Below are positions 1 through 9,788 of a stretch of DNA of 61,338 nucleotides, piece after piece (position 1 is the stretch's first letter; every line of letters starts with the position of its first letter). The DNA is taken from positions 1-61,338 of the IMG/VR virus record IMGVR_UViG_3300036944_001020; one strand, given 5' to 3'. Under the pieces are notes generated by a model that saw nothing but the letters and a program-made list of their open reading frames with translations, searched no databases and was not told the DNA's origin. The position numbers and the translations under genes are program-made. Source of the stretch: a virus (taxonomy: Duplodnaviria > Caudoviricetes).

Positions 1-509
1 TTAGTAGACCCATCTACGTTTGTAGCATAAACAGGAGTCTTGTAATGTACCAACTCATTGCTATTCTCGATGATACGATAGTCATTCATGTATGACTTAA
101 TCCCCTGTAGAGTCATGGGGTCTTCTTTATTCATATCAGTCCAAAGAGTTCCACCAATAAAAATCACATCATCAATAGTGATGCTTTCTTTATCAAGGAA
201 ATGCAAGTTATCCAAATAATAAAGTTTTTCTTTAATATGAGGAATAGATTTTGCATAGTCACCATTATAGTGTTCATGATTTCCTGCAATATAAATTACA
301 TGCTTAAATTCTTGAGCGCACTGCTGAAAGAACGCATGATAAAGATTTGACTTATTAGTAATTCCTAGAATACCGGGGTCTGCACGATCATTTAAATCTT
401 TTGCAACACAAATATCGCCAGATAAAATAAGCACATCGGCGTTCTCAGTGTTGTTAATTTCTAGCTGCCCAAATTCAAGGTGAACGTCAGATGCTAATGC
501 TATTTTCAT
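1..509 (-). CDS. Metallophosphoesterase (calcineurin-like), runs off the window end
   Basis: Hand translation from ATG at 509: MKIALASDVHLEFG...LILSGDICV...IYIAGNHEHYNG, giving the DxH, GD and GNHE motifs. The ATG overlaps the stop of the upstream ORF (ATGA). Confidence 0.85.
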   Translation of the reverse strand, partial: MKIALASDVHLEFGQLEINNTENADVLILSGDICVAKDLNDRADPGILGITNKSNLYHAFFQQCAQEFKHVIYIAGNHEHYNGDYAKSIPHIKEKLYYLDNLHFLDKESITIDDVIFIGGTLWTDMNKEDPMTLQGIKSYMNDYRIIENSNELVHYKTPVYATNVDGST

Positions 510-730
510 TTAATCTTCTCCAGCGAATCTTTTCGCATATAATGTAGTTGTTGAGTCTTTGCGTGATTCGGCTCGGTTTTTACAACGGGCAAAAATGTAA
601 CTCCATCAATTTCTCGTGGAGCCCAGTGTTGATAAGTATAATAGATATCAGTAACAGAAATTTTATTACGCAACTTGATATAATTCCCGATATCTTGGCT
701 CAATGAGCGATTAGGAATAGTTTTTCTCAT
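506..730 (-). CDS. Hypothetical protein, 74 aa
   Basis: ORF track; AAGG SD-like sequence and a sigma70-like promoter directly upstream. Confidence 0.7.
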   Translation of the reverse strand: MRKTIPNRSLSQDIGNYIKLRNKISVTDIYYTYQHWAPREIDGVTFLPVVKTEPNHAKTQQLHYMRKDSLEKIK

Positions 731-762
731 GACAAACCTTTAAAATTGTTGATCTTGGATGG

Positions 763-791
763 ACTATATCATACCCAAGATCGTTTGTCAA
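763..791 (-). promoter_or_regulatory. Sigma70-type early promoter
   Basis: Minus strand TTGACA (791-786), 17-nt spacer, TATAGT (768-763), with an extended TG. Confidence 0.75.
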
Positions 792-797
792 GTTTTA

Positions 798-1211
798 TTA
801 ATCCCGAGTCAATGCAAGAATTTTTTGAATCTGTGCTTCAATTACTGGCTTACGATTGGGCCACTTAATGTAATCTTTGTCGCTATTCTTCATTAAATTT
901 ACAAGCAATGGGACTACTAACCCTTCCAAAGTTTTCAATTTTTCTTTAACTTCTTTTTCCACCAACGCCCTGTATTCATCTACATCAAAGTTTTGAGTAT
1001 TAGCGCCAGCGAGAATTAAGTCTTGTAAATTGTCAATCTTAGTAGTAACATTATTCATCATTTCTGTTAATGCAATAATATTATCTGAGACTGGTTGAAT
1101 AATTGTCTGCGTACTTACAACTGGAAGTGGTGCTACTGAACCATCGTTATCAGTCGCTGTAAATCCAAAGTCAAACGAATTTTCGTATTCAACTGGAATT
1201 TTAATTGACAT
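798..1211 (-). CDS. Hypothetical protein, 137 aa
   Basis: ORF track; FDFGFTA and LLxNLxKN..KDYIxWPNR motifs that I recognise from T4-like phage hypothetical proteins. Confidence 0.75.
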   Translation of the reverse strand: MSIKIPVEYENSFDFGFTATDNDGSVAPLPVVSTQTIIQPVSDNIIALTEMMNNVTTKIDNLQDLILAGANTQNFDVDEYRALVEKEVKEKLKTLEGLVVPLLVNLMKNSDKDYIKWPNRKPVIEAQIQKILALTRD

Positions 1212-1213
1212 GA

Positions 1214-1423
1214 TTAATTATCTCGCTCCATCTCACTTGCTTCTATCACAAGTTCAACAACATCTTCGATTGTACCGCAAATGATTTTTACATTTACATA
1301 ATCGCTCTTTTTATTGCGACCACTAATTTCAAACATAAAGCCATTATCATACATGTTGATAGTATAGCTTTCATTAACCTTAGTCAATTTGTCGCTGAGT
1401 TTATTTACTTTTGCTGTTGCCAT
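1214..1423 (-). CDS. Hypothetical protein (probable start MATAK at 1423)
   Basis: ORF track 1214..1447; AAGGA SD upstream of the ATG at 1423. Confidence 0.65.
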   Translation of the reverse strand: MATAKVNKLSDKLTKVNESYTINMYDNGFMFEISGRNKKSDYVNVKIICGTIEDVVELVIEASEMERDN

Positions 1424-1991
1424 TTTCATTTCCTTCTTTAAGTGCATTAATCATCGTTTGATGTGCGTATTTTTGAATAATTTTCTTTCGTTTATTATTG
1501 TACTTTTTCATTGCCATACTAAGTTTCAGTTTAGAAACTCCATGGGTAAAATCACGCCCCTGCATATGGTCATATTCATGCAAGAAAATTCTTGCAGTAA
1601 TTCCTGTAAAGATGGTTTCAGTATCTTTACCATCTTGATCGATGTACTTTACCCTGATTGATTGTGGGCGAGTAATATTCAAGAAAATTCCCGGATAGCT
1701 TATACATCCTTCTTGGAGAGAAATAGGATCGCCATAAATTTCTAAAATTTCTGGATTGAATACTGCAATCTTATGAGCATCTTTACCCATAACAAATACA
1801 CGTAAATCTACGCCTACTTGATTTGCACTCAATCCAACAGCACCCAATTCTTCCATCTTGGCAAATAGAACATTGGAAACTGCTTTTGCGCTTGCATGTT
1901 CATTTACAAAGTCATATTCTTTTGGTGGGCGAGTCATCAACTCATGGTCAACTGGAAGTACGTTTAGTTGGTCTTTTCTTAAAATAATCAT
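1401..1991 (-). CDS. def: Peptide deformylase
   Basis: All three PDF motifs: VGLSANQVG, EGCIS and HEYDH (HExxH). Confidence 0.93.
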   Translation of the reverse strand: MIILRKDQLNVLPVDHELMTRPPKEYDFVNEHASAKAVSNVLFAKMEELGAVGLSANQVGVDLRVFVMGKDAHKIAVFNPEILEIYGDPISLQEGCISYPGIFLNITRPQSIRVKYIDQDGKDTETIFTGITARIFLHEYDHMQGRDFTHGVSKLKLSMAMKKYNNKRKKIIQKYAHQTMINALKEGNENGNSKSK

Positions 1992-3700
1992 GATGCAATC
2001 CTAGAGAAATTTTGATGCTTTTCAAATTTAATGGTCGATCTGAATTTGTCAAATAATTGATCGCCCTTGTGACTAATAACGAATACATTGGTATCTGAAC
2101 CAATTGTATTCAACAAATTCATAACATAATCAGTGCCATTGGAATCCAAAGATGAATCAAAAATCTCATCAAGTAACAATAGATTCGCATTTGCACTGTT
2201 TTTCGATTTAGCTATTGTACGCCAAGTGAACAATAAAGCCAAATCAATTCTTTGCTTTTCACCTTCACTGAATGAAGCATATGTAAATGAATCCCTATGT
2301 CTTGACTTAATTGTCTCATTAAATGATTCATCAAATTCAAAGTGACAGAAGAAATCCATTGCGGCAAGATACTTATTTATCAGCTTATTAATAATGGGCA
2401 AATATTGTTTAATGATTTTAGTCTTGATGCCAGTATCCTTCAATAGAAGTCCAGCGGTTTCGTGATAAAACTTATCCTCAGTCAACACTGCCTTTTGCTT
2501 CGTCAACTCAACAACTTCCTTTGCCATCGTTTTTAGTTTAGATTTCTCTTCCGTAAGAGTATCAACTTCTACGACTGCTGCTTCATTTTTCAGTTTTTTA
2601 ATGTAAGACTGTGCGCCAATAATCTCATTATTGTATTTAATAATCTCAGTGGCAATGGCAGAAATAGTTTTTTTAATATCTTTAATCTCATTTAAGCGCA
2701 CTTCAATCGCATTTAATTGCAATGTTAGATCATCGATTGCAGTTGATATTTCAACAATCTTATTCTCATGCTTAGTGATAGTATGATTTTTATGATTTGG
2801 ATCTAGTTCTTGATTGCAAGTTGGGCAAGCATCATTGCCATGATAAAACTCAATGCTATCTTTAGCAGTCAATATTCTATCAGCCAACTTTTTTAGCAGG
2901 TTAGAAACTTGAGCCTGTTTGGTTTGCTGCTCTGGCTCGTCTACAATTAGTAACTCAAAATTATCATGCTCAACCTGCTTCTCATCAATGAGAGTGGAAA
3001 TTCTGTTAATATCTGCTAAAGTTATATCTATAATTCCCTGAACATTGTCTTGCTGCTTCTGCTTAGTTTCTTCTAGCTTTTTAATGTAATCATGTTGTAG
3101 AACTACTTTCTGTTTTGTAAGTTCTATGGTGGATGTTACAGATTTTAGATTATCTTTTATCTCACTCAGATTATTTTTAAGAAGATCATTCATGATTGAG
3201 AATATTTGAATATCCAAAATATCTTCAATAATCTCTCGTCTATTGCTAGTAGTAAGCTGCATGAATGGAGTAAATGATGCTGACCCCAGAATAACAATTT
3301 GAGTAAATGATTTATAGTTTAACTTTAGAATTTGATCTTCTAAGTATTTCTGATAATCTCTCGATGCCGCATCTTGGTTTACCAAGTCTTTACCAAGCAT
3401 AATCTCAAATATGGCTGGCTTAATTCCTCTACGAATTAGGTAATCTTTTGAGCCAATAGAAAATTCAATCTCAACTAACAATTGCTTGTTATTGATACTA
3501 TTCATCAACTGTGGCTTATTAACATTACGAAATGGCTTACCAAATAATGCAAAGCAAATGGCATCAAGGATAGTGGATTTACCAGCACCATTTTCTCCCA
3601 CGATCAATGTCGTAGGAGATTTATCCAATTTGATTTCAGTGAATTGCCCACCAGTTGATAAAAAATTCTTGTATCTAACTGTCTTAAAAATTATTGCCAT
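1988..3700 (-). CDS. 46: Recombination endonuclease ATPase subunit (Rad50/SbcC-like), gp46
   Basis: Walker A GENGAGKS, CPTC zinc hook, FSEGEK signature, LLLDE Walker B, ISH; adjacent to gp47. Confidence 0.96.
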   Translation of the reverse strand: MAIIFKTVRYKNFLSTGGQFTEIKLDKSPTTLIVGENGAGKSTILDAICFALFGKPFRNVNKPQLMNSINNKQLLVEIEFSIGSKDYLIRRGIKPAIFEIMLGKDLVNQDAASRDYQKYLEDQILKLNYKSFTQIVILGSASFTPFMQLTTSNRREIIEDILDIQIFSIMNDLLKNNLSEIKDNLKSVTSTIELTKQKVVLQHDYIKKLEETKQKQQDNVQGIIDITLADINRISTLIDEKQVEHDNFELLIVDEPEQQTKQAQVSNLLKKLADRILTAKDSIEFYHGNDACPTCNQELDPNHKNHTITKHENKIVEISTAIDDLTLQLNAIEVRLNEIKDIKKTISAIATEIIKYNNEIIGAQSYIKKLKNEAAVVEVDTLTEEKSKLKTMAKEVVELTKQKAVLTEDKFYHETAGLLLKDTGIKTKIIKQYLPIINKLINKYLAAMDFFCHFEFDESFNETIKSRHRDSFTYASFSEGEKQRIDLALLFTWRTIAKSKNSANANLLLLDEIFDSSLDSNGTDYVMNLLNTIGSDTNVFVISHKGDQLFDKFRSTIKFEKHQNFSRIAS

Positions 3701-3702
3701 TA

Positions 3703-4752
3703 TTAATTATATTCCTGTGCCTCAACATATAATGTCTTGAGTAGATTTTTTAATCTTGGTTTATTGATATCAGTATCCACGTTATCCACATAATTTGACA
3801 GAAGAGTTATAGTATCTTCAACATCAGTTTCTTCATCGCTATCAGTATCAACATCAAACTCAGACATATCTTCAACAATCTTTACTTCTAATGGATTCTT
3901 CTTGTAAACCCTATCCATAAAGTTATCAAATATTGCAAAATCTTTTTTGTTTACAACAATGATTTTAAGATTGATATTCTCAAATCTGGACACATCCACT
4001 TTAGACGGATCATCTTTTTCTTCATCATAGTAATACTTCTCAAAGATTATGTATGGATTCTTAACAAATTTTACTGTATTCTTTGCTGTATCAAATATGT
4101 GAAATCCCTTTTGATCTTGATAATCAGACCAAGTAATTTCGTAAGGGGTGCCAAGATAACTTATGTTTCCATCACTTGATCTATGATGAAAATGTCCACT
4201 ATAAACAGTATCAAATTTCTTAAATATTGCTCGATCAAATCCATGCTCACTTGGCTGACCTTTATGCATTTCAAACCCAGCAATCTCAAGATGACCAAAC
4301 AAAACTTTGGCTTTGGTGCTTTCCATTGCATCCATTGATTCTTTATAGTTGTCAGTGCAAATCCATGGTAACATTAAAAAGTCAGTCTTGTCAAGTGTTA
4401 TCGTAGTTGGACTAGATATGACTGTAATATTTTCGTATTCTTGTAGCAAAAGATCTGATGCATTCACTTCTAAAGTATTTTTAAAGGTGATATCATGATT
4501 ACCTAGAATAGTAATCATTTTTAAATTTTGCTCTTTTAACTTATCAAAAAAGTATTTTCTGGATTCAGACAGTGTTTGAAAATTTACATACTTTCTACGA
4601 TCCCACAAATCGCCAACTTGAATGATGGTGTCTATTTTGTTTTTCTTTAGTTCTGCAAAAAATAGATCATAAAACTTTTCAAAGAAAGCGTGAAAAGCTA
4701 GACTATCATTTCTTGCACCAAAGTGGGTATCTCCAAGGATTGCGACTTTCAT
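3703..4752 (-). CDS. 47: Recombination endonuclease subunit (Mre11/SbcD-like), gp47
   Basis: GDTHFG, GDLWD, GNHD and SGHFH phosphoesterase motifs; paired with gp46. Confidence 0.95.
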   Translation of the reverse strand: MKVAILGDTHFGARNDSLAFHAFFEKFYDLFFAELKKNKIDTIIQVGDLWDRRKYVNFQTLSESRKYFFDKLKEQNLKMITILGNHDITFKNTLEVNASDLLLQEYENITVISSPTTITLDKTDFLMLPWICTDNYKESMDAMESTKAKVLFGHLEIAGFEMHKGQPSEHGFDRAIFKKFDTVYSGHFHHRSSDGNISYLGTPYEITWSDYQDQKGFHIFDTAKNTVKFVKNPYIIFEKYYYDEEKDDPSKVDVSRFENINLKIIVVNKKDFAIFDNFMDRVYKKNPLEVKIVEDMSEFDVDTDSDEETDVEDTITLLSNYVDNVDTDINKPRLKNLLKTLYVEAQEYN

Positions 4753-5018
4753 GCGTCAAATCCTGCCATAGAAGTTCTGATTAAATGATACCATTGTGCT
4801 CGATCAGATGGAAATACTCTAGATTCTTCATATAGAGTAGAAAATCTTGGCAGGTCTCTGACATTAAATTCAGCCTGCACTTCCATGTATCCATTAAATC
4901 CCTCATGCTGAATATTAGGCGAAGTTGCAGTATAAGAACTGATTGCAGACTCGAATTTTTCTGGTTGCAAAAGCATCGACATTAGATGCGAATGGCATAA
5001 AGTTACTTTAAATTTCAT
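4749..5018 (-). CDS. Hypothetical protein, 89 aa
   Basis: ORF track; ATGA overlaps with both neighbours. Confidence 0.65.
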   Translation of the reverse strand: MKFKVTLCHSHLMSMLLQPEKFESAISSYTATSPNIQHEGFNGYMEVQAEFNVRDLPRFSTLYEESRVFPSDRAQWYHLIRTSMAGFDA

Positions 5019-5533
5019 AGTGCCTCAAATGACATATTCAACAGTTTAATCTGGGTTAAAATATCATCCAGTGCATTATGATATTGACCCACACGCTCAA
5101 TCACGGATGGCTTGATTCCAGCAACGTCATATACGGTACGAGTATCTCTCCAGTTCCAGTATCTCCATGGTGGCTCAAGACCAACTGCTCTCATAGATGA
5201 CTCTAAGATTGGCGGGTCAAAACTGGTTCCCTGCGCCCAGAACATTGTGCTTTTTGCTTTTGGGCCGCACCACTCAATCAATTGAGTCAATGCATCTTTA
5301 ATGTGAATGGGATTTTCTTGGGTCTTTTTAAATGCTGCAAGATTTTGATTTTTCCACCAATCAACGGTGACTTTCTCAATATGTAATCCTGCATTTTTTG
5401 ATGACATTACATCGCAATTAACATAAAATGTCTCAGAAATTTCACCGCGAATTTCAAACTTTGCTGCTCCAATTGCAATGATGACTGCATTTGGTCTGGT
5501 TGAAAGTGTTTCAACATCTATCATAATGTTCAT
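5015..5533 (-). CDS. DEDDh 3'-5' exonuclease (DexA / Rv2179c-like)
   Basis: IMIDVETL, WAQGTSFD, RDTRT and HNALDD motifs. Confidence 0.88.
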   Translation of the reverse strand: MNIMIDVETLSTRPNAVIIAIGAAKFEIRGEISETFYVNCDVMSSKNAGLHIEKVTVDWWKNQNLAAFKKTQENPIHIKDALTQLIEWCGPKAKSTMFWAQGTSFDPPILESSMRAVGLEPPWRYWNWRDTRTVYDVAGIKPSVIERVGQYHNALDDILTQIKLLNMSFEAL

Positions 5534-5548
5534 AATATAATCCTATTT

Positions 5549-5860
5549 CTAAACTAGCCAGTCTTTATCAGTTTGATCATGCTTAATCAACAAGCCATTA
5601 CCATGTCGATTCCTAATATTTTCCGCATCTTGGAAGAATTTCTTTTCTTGAATAGTCGGTTCATTGAAAACTTTTCCACTCGAACACATTATACATTTTG
5701 GATTACCGCAATCCAATGCATGGTGCTTTGCTAGTCTATGTGGTTCTTTTACGTACTTGTCATGTCCTGCTTGTTTAGCAATTTTTCTTTGCTTTTCAAT
5801 TTGAACATTGGTTTTATGAATACGCCAAGAGTGCGCTTCTTTTGATTCAGTGTCGCTCAT
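5549..5860 (-). CDS. Hypothetical protein with a His/Cys cluster (probable start 5860)
   Basis: HHALDCGNPKCIMC; GGAGG SD before the ATG at 5860. Confidence 0.7.
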   Translation of the reverse strand: MSDTESKEAHSWRIHKTNVQIEKQRKIAKQAGHDKYVKEPHRLAKHHALDCGNPKCIMCSSGKVFNEPTIQEKKFFQDAENIRNRHGNGLLIKHDQTDKDWLV

Positions 5861-5876
5861 TATACCTCCAAGTTTA

Positions 5877-6500
5877 TCATTCGTCAATGTCAAATTGCTT
5901 GTATTTGCTAGTTTTTGCAGTTTTTGGTTTCTTCGCTTTTACGATTTCAGTTTTATCGTTATCCATTTGATCAATCTGCTTCTTCATGTAATCGATGTAT
6001 TGGTTAACGTACTCACCCTCATCATGCTGCTGAGTAAGTAGGCTATCCAAGTCAAGATTTGCAATTATAGCATACTTCGATAATTGTTGCTTCTTTTCTT
6101 TTTGAATTCGTCTAACAAATGCCCAGAATGCAATCTGTGTAAAATATGCAAACGCATTGTTTCCAAAAGAAGGATCAAATTTTGCTGCGGCAATTAAACA
6201 ATTTTCTATCCCATCAGAAATCATATCATCTTTATAAGTATAATTAATGAAATTGTACCTATATGAAAGATTCGTACAAATTTTAATAAAACATTCTCCA
6301 ATATAATTTGATATCGTTGGGATTCCTTCACCCGCTTCTTTTGCAGCAACTACTTGTTTTCTATACTCTACGATTGCTTCATAGAATTTTTCGTTATCTA
6401 CATAATGAGCAACTTTAGTGGTAGATCCTTTTTCTGGGGGCATTGGGATTGTCTCCAGAATTTGATTCGGGTGTAAGTTCATCATGTTCGTTGCTTTCAT
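5877..6500 (-). CDS. 55: Late-transcription sigma factor gp55
   Basis: HYVDN, YIGECFIKIC, NFINYTYKDDMISDGIENC and NAFAYFTQIAFWAFVRRIQKEKKQ. Confidence 0.95.
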   Translation of the reverse strand: MKATNMMNLHPNQILETIPMPPEKGSTTKVAHYVDNEKFYEAIVEYRKQVVAAKEAGEGIPTISNYIGECFIKICTNLSYRYNFINYTYKDDMISDGIENCLIAAAKFDPSFGNNAFAYFTQIAFWAFVRRIQKEKKQQLSKYAIIANLDLDSLLTQQHDEGEYVNQYIDYMKKQIDQMDNDKTEIVKAKKPKTAKTSKYKQFDIDE

Positions 6501-6906
6501 AGTTATCTAAAAAATTCTCATATTCTTCTTGTATTTTATCTTCAACACTTGAATAAGTATTTGGTTCAGCATCCAAATCTTCCATTAAAACGTCATCGAC
6601 ATTTTTACTATTTTCAAGATATTTCAAATAATATTCTTTAATATTAGCAGTTGGATTCGTGCATGCCAATATATGCATTGTTGCAATTTCGCATGCTTCA
6701 TCGGAAGAAAATGAATTCCATGCATACATTATACATGTCTCATAGAATCCATCTTCTGCTGGAACCTTCATTACATCTACTACTATTGGATTAATTACAA
6801 AAACACTCTCATTTGTGAAAATATTACATTCTGGCTGGATCATACAAATGATAGTATCACCTGTAGATAATTTCAACAATTTATAATCTGGTTCACTCAT
6901 CAGCAT
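6415..6906 (-). CDS. Conserved hypothetical protein between uvsW and 55 (possible Sm-like fold)
   Basis: KLLKLSTGDTII N-terminus, acidic C-terminus; synteny. Confidence 0.65.
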   Translation of the reverse strand: MLMSEPDYKLLKLSTGDTIICMIQPECNIFTNESVFVINPIVVDVMKVPAEDGFYETCIMYAWNSFSSDEACEIATMHILACTNPTANIKEYYLKYLENSKNVDDVLMEDLDAEPNTYSSVEDKIQEEYENFLDNYESNEHDELTPESNSGDNPNAPRKRIYH

Positions 6907-8387
6907 TGTAATTCTACCTTTATCATTTTATATTTAAATTGTTCATCGTTGTATATTTTTATTCTTTCAATCATATGCAACAATGTATAATTCTTTTTAG
7001 ATTTCCATGTAAGATTATCCGCAATATCGTATAAGTTACATGTAGTCTTATCACTAGTAGTTCTCAATCCTCTACCAATACTTTGCAAGTTTCTAATTTT
7101 ACTTTTAGATGGACTTGCAAATATAACATTCTTCAAAGAAGGGATGTTAATTCCTGTACTAAAAGTACCGAAACTTGCTACAATTATAGCATCATTTTCT
7201 TTAGAAGTCAATTCACGAATTTTTTCTCTCTGATCAGTATCTGTTCCGCCATGCACAAAAAACACTTTTCTATCGGAATCTTTCGTAGTTATCATTTCGT
7301 ATAATTTCTTTCCATGCTTTTCTACATATTGAAATAATACTAATGTGTTCCCTTTTTGAGCAAGAGCCAGATTACGAATAAATTTATTTCTTGGCTCAAA
7401 CTGAACTATGAAATCCATCTCTTTTTGGTAATCATGATCCTTCAATGCTTTTCTTATATCGGCAGGATATTCCAATATAATATTGAAAATGGATAGGTCA
7501 GCAAGTTGCTTATCGTCCATTAATTTTTTGGTGGTAGTTACCTTATAAACAGGGCCAAATATGCCTTCAAGGACTAGCTTATTTGTTTGCAGCCCATCAA
7601 GTGTACCGGTAGTGCCAATTCTATATGGAGAATTCTCACACATGTTTAATATACCAGTTAAAGATTTTGCCTTAAATAAATGGGATTCATCTCCATAAAT
7701 GCAATCAAAGACTGAAAAAAATTTCTTTGGTAGTTTATATATTGATTGCCAAGTGCTTATGATTACGTTATGTGTATTAACTTTTTCATGTCCAGAATAA
7801 ATTTTATGGCAATTTTCAGCAGTATCCCAATTATTCAAAGAACTATAATCTTTAAAGTCTGCAAATAATTGTTCAACGAGAGATGTGGTTGGAACTAAAA
7901 TTAATTGAGTTCTACCCTTTAATTCATGCCAACGAATAATACAATAGATAATTAAAGACTTGCCTGAACCAGTCGGAGATAGCAATAAACGGCGACCAGA
8001 GTTAATGCCTTCATAAATTGCGTCAATTTGGTAGTCACGTATTTGAATGGGCGCATTTCTTGATCCTATATTTAATGATTTACAAAATTCTTCTATTTCT
8101 TCTCTTGTGCATTTATCTGCCACAGCAATATATTCAGTTGAATCTACTGTATAATCTCTATCAACTGCAAATTTTTCTACATATTCTTTTAATCCAACAT
8201 AAAGTTCTTTGGTGAACATTGAATACAAATTAATCTTGCCATCCCATTGACGAGCTTTATAAAGTGGACTAAACTTAGCACCCGGAACATCAAAAGAAAA
8301 GAAATCACTCAACTCATGTGCAATGGATGGATCAGCACTTACTTTTAAGTAAACTTCATTCTTTTTTGTTATTTTTATATCAGCCAC
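6900..8387 (-). CDS. uvsW: UvsW SF2 helicase
   Basis: RDYQ, SPTGSGKS, DESH and QSIGRGLR motifs. Confidence 0.96.
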   Translation of the reverse strand: MADIKITKKNEVYLKVSADPSIAHELSDFFSFDVPGAKFSPLYKARQWDGKINLYSMFTKELYVGLKEYVEKFAVDRDYTVDSTEYIAVADKCTREEIEEFCKSLNIGSRNAPIQIRDYQIDAIYEGINSGRRLLLSPTGSGKSLIIYCIIRWHELKGRTQLILVPTTSLVEQLFADFKDYSSLNNWDTAENCHKIYSGHEKVNTHNVIISTWQSIYKLPKKFFSVFDCIYGDESHLFKAKSLTGILNMCENSPYRIGTTGTLDGLQTNKLVLEGIFGPVYKVTTTKKLMDDKQLADLSIFNIILEYPADIRKALKDHDYQKEMDFIVQFEPRNKFIRNLALAQKGNTLVLFQYVEKHGKKLYEMITTKDSDRKVFFVHGGTDTDQREKIRELTSKENDAIIVASFGTFSTGINIPSLKNVIFASPSKSKIRNLQSIGRGLRTTSDKTTCNLYDIADNLTWKSKKNYTLLHMIERIKIYNDEQFKYKMIKVELQC

Positions 8388-8827
8388 TATGTCACACCAT
8401 TAGTAAATTTTAGAAAATCAATTGCATTTTTAATGTCCCAAGTTCTACCATTGATAGACTTAATAATTTGCTCCAATTGATATATCACAGTCTTAAAGTA
8501 TTCAATCTTGTCATCATATTGAATTAAATCTTTATCTGCGTTTAGGAATTCATCCATTTCATTTTTTAATGGTTTATTTCCACCCCACTGTACCCAATTT
8601 TCTTCTTCTAACTCAGCCTTAGTCATTTCTCCACGATAGTATCTGTATTTCTTTCTACGACAATTCAAATAATCGGACTCAGCTTTTCTCAAATTTAGTC
8701 TAGTGGAAGTTAGAAAGTTTAGGTATTTTGAATGGAGAATAGGTGTGCATACCGATTCATGTCCCAATTTGGTTTCATCAATCACGCAGTCTTTTGACCA
8801 TTCATCTTGTAATTCTGACAATTTCAT
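8387..8827 (-). CDS. uvsY: Recombination mediator UvsY
   Basis: LHSKYL, YYRG and RTWDIKNAIDFLKFTNG; upstream of uvsW. Confidence 0.92.
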   Translation of the reverse strand: MKLSELQDEWSKDCVIDETKLGHESVCTPILHSKYLNFLTSTRLNLRKAESDYLNCRRKKYRYYRGEMTKAELEEENWVQWGGNKPLKNEMDEFLNADKDLIQYDDKIEYFKTVIYQLEQIIKSINGRTWDIKNAIDFLKFTNGVT

Positions 8828-8837
8828 ATTATATATT

Positions 8838-8887
8838 CAAAAAAAAAAGGATACAAAGAGAAACATTGCATTTCTCTCGGTATCCTT
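8838..8887 (-). terminator. Probable intrinsic terminator after the glycosyltransferase gene
   Basis: GGATAC/GTATCC and GAGAAA/TTTCTC interrupted stem followed by a run of about 10 T on the minus strand. Confidence 0.65.
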
Positions 8888-8900
8888 ATTTATCTACAAA

Positions 8901-9770
8901 TTAACCTTGAATTTGGATAATCTGTGATGGATTTCCCGCAAAGGAGAAGTGACCATGGTGGTTCAATGAGATTGATGGATCAAGCCAGATATCCCCACCA
9001 ATTGCTTGCCAACGGCGACTAAATGTATAGTCTTCTGACAAATAACGGCGATCCACTGGATCAATCGAAGTATCAAAGAATGCATAGAAAAAATCATTCA
9101 AATCTTCTGGTGTATTCAAATCATTGTTATACTTCAACTCTGGGTAAGCAGCAATCATTTTATCAATTGCATCGCGGCTAATCATCATAAATCCAGTTGC
9201 GCCATCATGCAACTTCACCAATCCATTTTCGATTGCAATTTGACGCGCATCCCGATTAACGAATTTAAAGTTAATTGCGTAATCGCTTCCATATGCAGCA
9301 ATTGCGTTATCTGCATAAGCAGTATCTGGAGCAGCACGAACACTACTCATAATACGTTGCCAGTTAACACCCTTCTTAGGATATGCTCCAACTACAACTT
9401 CTTTGTCATGTGCAACCAATTTGATAACATCTTCAACTTGGAATTCAATATCCGCGTCAATGAAGAACAAGCGAGTGTAATCACTTTGCAAGAAATATGC
9501 TACTAGAACGTTTCTAGCACGTGTAACCAAGGATTCATTTGCAATTGTACCAAATGCGACTTGAATTTGATGTTGATTGCAAAAGGTCAATAAACGAATA
9601 ACAGAGCGGAAATATGCTTCTGTTAGTTGTCCACCATAACAAGGTGTTGCAATAAAGATTTTTTGCTTTCGCAAATCATTAATATTGATTGCAATTTGAC
9701 CGGGCTTTAATTGTGGCGCATCAACTGGAGTTGCGTTTTCTGGGCCAATTTGTGTTGTTTCATCTGTCAT
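8901..9770 (-). CDS. GT-A fold glycosyltransferase-like protein
   Basis: IFIATPCYGG, SLVTRARN, FFIDADI (DxD), ATGFMMI and YLSEDYTF motifs. Confidence 0.75.
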   Translation of the reverse strand: MTDETTQIGPENATPVDAPQLKPGQIAININDLRKQKIFIATPCYGGQLTEAYFRSVIRLLTFCNQHQIQVAFGTIANESLVTRARNVLVAYFLQSDYTRLFFIDADIEFQVEDVIKLVAHDKEVVVGAYPKKGVNWQRIMSSVRAAPDTAYADNAIAAYGSDYAINFKFVNRDARQIAIENGLVKLHDGATGFMMISRDAIDKMIAAYPELKYNNDLNTPEDLNDFFYAFFDTSIDPVDRRYLSEDYTFSRRWQAIGGDIWLDPSISLNHHGHFSFAGNPSQIIQIQG

Positions 9771-9788
9771 AATAATTCCAATTTAGTT

